From assembly GCA_963704705.1 (NCBI GenBank), contig OY969931.1:660001-692000 (forward strand): 32,000 bases of DNA. The letters are read 5' to 3'. The DNA comes from an uncultured bacterium. Lineage in GTDB: Bacteria > Patescibacteriota > Gracilibacteria > UBA1369 > PNNO01. A model generated the notes under the pieces. That model was given only the letters and a program-made list of their open reading frames with translations, was not told the DNA's origin and ran no database searches. Of the stretch, positions 30,665 through 32,000 are shown piece after piece. The translations under genes were made by a program, and so were the position numbers. Position 1 is the stretch's first letter, and each line of letters starts with the position of its first letter.

Positions 30665-31870
30665 TTAAACATTTTTTAATATATGACCCATTTTTTCTTT
30701 TTTTGTTTGCAGATATTTATGATTTCTTTTATTCGGCGTTATCTCCAGAGGAATCCTTTTGTTTATTTTAAGACCATAACCTTCCAAACCAATAACTTTT
30801 TTTGGATTATTAGTTAAAAGATCAATATTTTGAACTCCCAAATCTACCAATATTTGTGCTCCAATGCCATATTCTCTTAGATCTTCATCAAATCCCAGCA
30901 TTTTATTTGCTTCAACTGTATCGTAACCCTGATCCTGCAAATTATAAGCTTTGATTTTGTTAATCAAGCCGATTCCACGACCTTCATGTCTTAAATAAAC
31001 CAATACACCTGATTTAGATTTCTGAATCAATTCAAGACTTTTAACCAGCTGACTATTACAATCACATCTTAATGATTTAAAAAGATCACCTGTCATACAT
31101 TCGGAATGGACTCGCACTAAAGTAGATTTTTGTTTGTTTATAGATCCTTTTTTAAGTACAACATGTTCTTTATCATTAATAAGATCTTTATAAATAATTA
31201 AATCAAACTCACCATATTCAGTAGGTAATTTAGCTTCGGCTGCCCGTTCTATTAATTTATCAGTTTTCCTTCTGTAAGCTATTAAATCGGCAATTGTTAT
31301 CATTTTAAGATTATGTTTTTGTGCAAATTTAACCAAATCTTTTTGACGAGCCATTTCTCCATCATCGCGCATAATTTCACAAATTGCTGCGCAAGGTTTT
31401 TTACCGGCTAAATTCATTAAATCTATCGCAGCTTCAGTATGGCCGGCTCTCACTAGAACCCCGCCTGCTTTCGAAATTAAAGGAAATATATGTCCGGGTT
31501 TTGAAAAATCTTCTGATTTAGACTTTGGGTTAGCAAGTGTTTTAATGGTAATCGCTCTGTCAGAAGCTGAAATTCCGGTTGTTACACCTTTTTTAGCGTC
31601 AATTGTTACTGTAAAATTACACCTGGTAAATTCTTCATTATTTTCCACCATTAATGGCAGCTTCAATTTTTTTGCTTTTTCATAAGATAGGGGAGCACAG
31701 AGTAAACCGCGTCCTTCTTTAATCATAAAATTGATCTTATCTGCTGTAATATCTTCAGAAGAACAAATAAGATCACCCTCGTTTTCCCGGTCTTTACTAT
31801 CGACTACTATAATAATCTCACCATTTTTTATGGCTTTTATAGCATCCTCGATAGGAGATAATTTATTCAT
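30665..31870 (-). CDS. ribBA: Bifunctional 3,4-dihydroxy-2-butanone-4-phosphate synthase / GTP cyclohydrolase II
   Basis: 401 aa. DHBP synthase DRENEGDLI and [12 protein letters not shown] cyclohydrolase [21 protein letters not shown] and [14 protein letters not shown]. Confidence 0.95.
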   Translation of the reverse strand: MNKLSPIEDAIKAIKNGEIIIVVDSKDRENEGDLICSSEDITADKINFMIKEGRGLLCAPLSYEKAKKLKLPLMVENNEEFTRCNFTVTIDAKKGVTTGISASDRAITIKTLANPKSKSEDFSKPGHIFPLISKAGGVLVRAGHTEAAIDLMNLAGKKPCAAICEIMRDDGEMARQKDLVKFAQKHNLKMITIADLIAYRRKTDKLIERAAEAKLPTEYGEFDLIIYKDLINDKEHVVLKKGSINKQKSTLVRVHSECMTGDLFKSLRCDCNSQLVKSLELIQKSKSGVLVYLRHEGRGIGLINKIKAYNLQDQGYDTVEANKMLGFDEDLREYGIGAQILVDLGVQNIDLLTNNPKKVIGLEGYGLKINKRIPLEITPNKRNHKYLQTKKEKMGHILKNV

Positions 31871-31872
31871 TA

Positions 31873-32000
31873 TTAAATAGCGTATCTAACAAATTTCTCT
31901 AACTTAATATTTTCACCTATTTTAGTAATTGAATCAGTTAATAATTGTTCAATTGTTATTTCAGGATTTTTAACAAATGGCTGTTGCATCAAAGAAACCT
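31873..32000 (-). CDS. tsf: Elongation factor Ts, C-terminal end only (5' part beyond window)
   Basis: The minus-strand frame ends ...[41 protein letters not shown]. This matches the EF-Ts C-terminal pattern (L.GQPFV.dPsKTVgqLL......v..F.RFevG). The stop lies 2 nt upstream of the ribBA start. Confidence 0.65.
   Translation of the reverse strand, partial: VSLMQQPFVKNPEITIEQLLTDSITKIGENIKLEKFVRYAI

Noticed and set aside
1-32000. Alternative genetic code (UGA recoded, as in some candidate-phylum bacteria)
   Set aside because: TGA terminates well-conserved full-length genes (dtd at 5882-5884, the ATPase at 9925-9927). All conserved enzymes are intact under the standard code, without in-frame TGA-dependent extensions.

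Overview
AT-rich, tightly packed bacterial chromosomal window. It uses the standard code: TGA is a stop at 5882-5884 and 9925-9927. Most starts sit behind A/T-rich leaders with no Shine-Dalgarno motif, and many neighbouring genes overlap by 1-11 nt. I support 28 protein genes (valS and tsf cut by the window edges), two tRNA(CAU) genes, one 69-bp tandem repeat array and a few promoter, terminator and operator candidates.

Housekeeping backbone: valS, dtd, glyQS, murC, cysS, yggT, ilvE, queA, ribBA, tsf.

Envelope and regulatory genes:
- LCP ligase
- DsbA-like lipoprotein
- CarS-like and CDP-alcohol phosphatidyltransferase lipid genes
- FtsB/DivIC-like protein
- large Ig/FN3 surface protein with an LPXTG-like tail
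- membrane-anchored VirD4/TraD-like ATPase
- region-4-only sigma-like protein with a HARE-HTH-like end
- OmpR-type regulator with a degenerate receiver
- XRE/S24-like repressor
- MFS-HEAT / STAS / HAMP-PP2C operon

This gene content suggests a small-genome, monoderm-like, CPR/Patescibacteria-type organism. That is inference only; nothing was searched.

The best candidate for an undescribed system is 20972-24945. A PKD-plus-7TM membrane protein is followed 11 nt later by a 798-aa fusion of three modules: a RimK-related ATP-grasp ligase, a RimB/retropepsin-like module, and a DUF1704/MATCAP-type (HExxH plus QEGLA) metallocarboxypeptidase. This would put a ligase and two putative trimming domains in one protein next to a membrane partner. 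The second most unusual signal is a GC-enriched 69-bp x 3.2 non-coding tandem repeat (17598-17815) that begins on the stop codon of the surface-protein gene.

All domain calls come from reading motifs by eye and need profile or structure searches to confirm.
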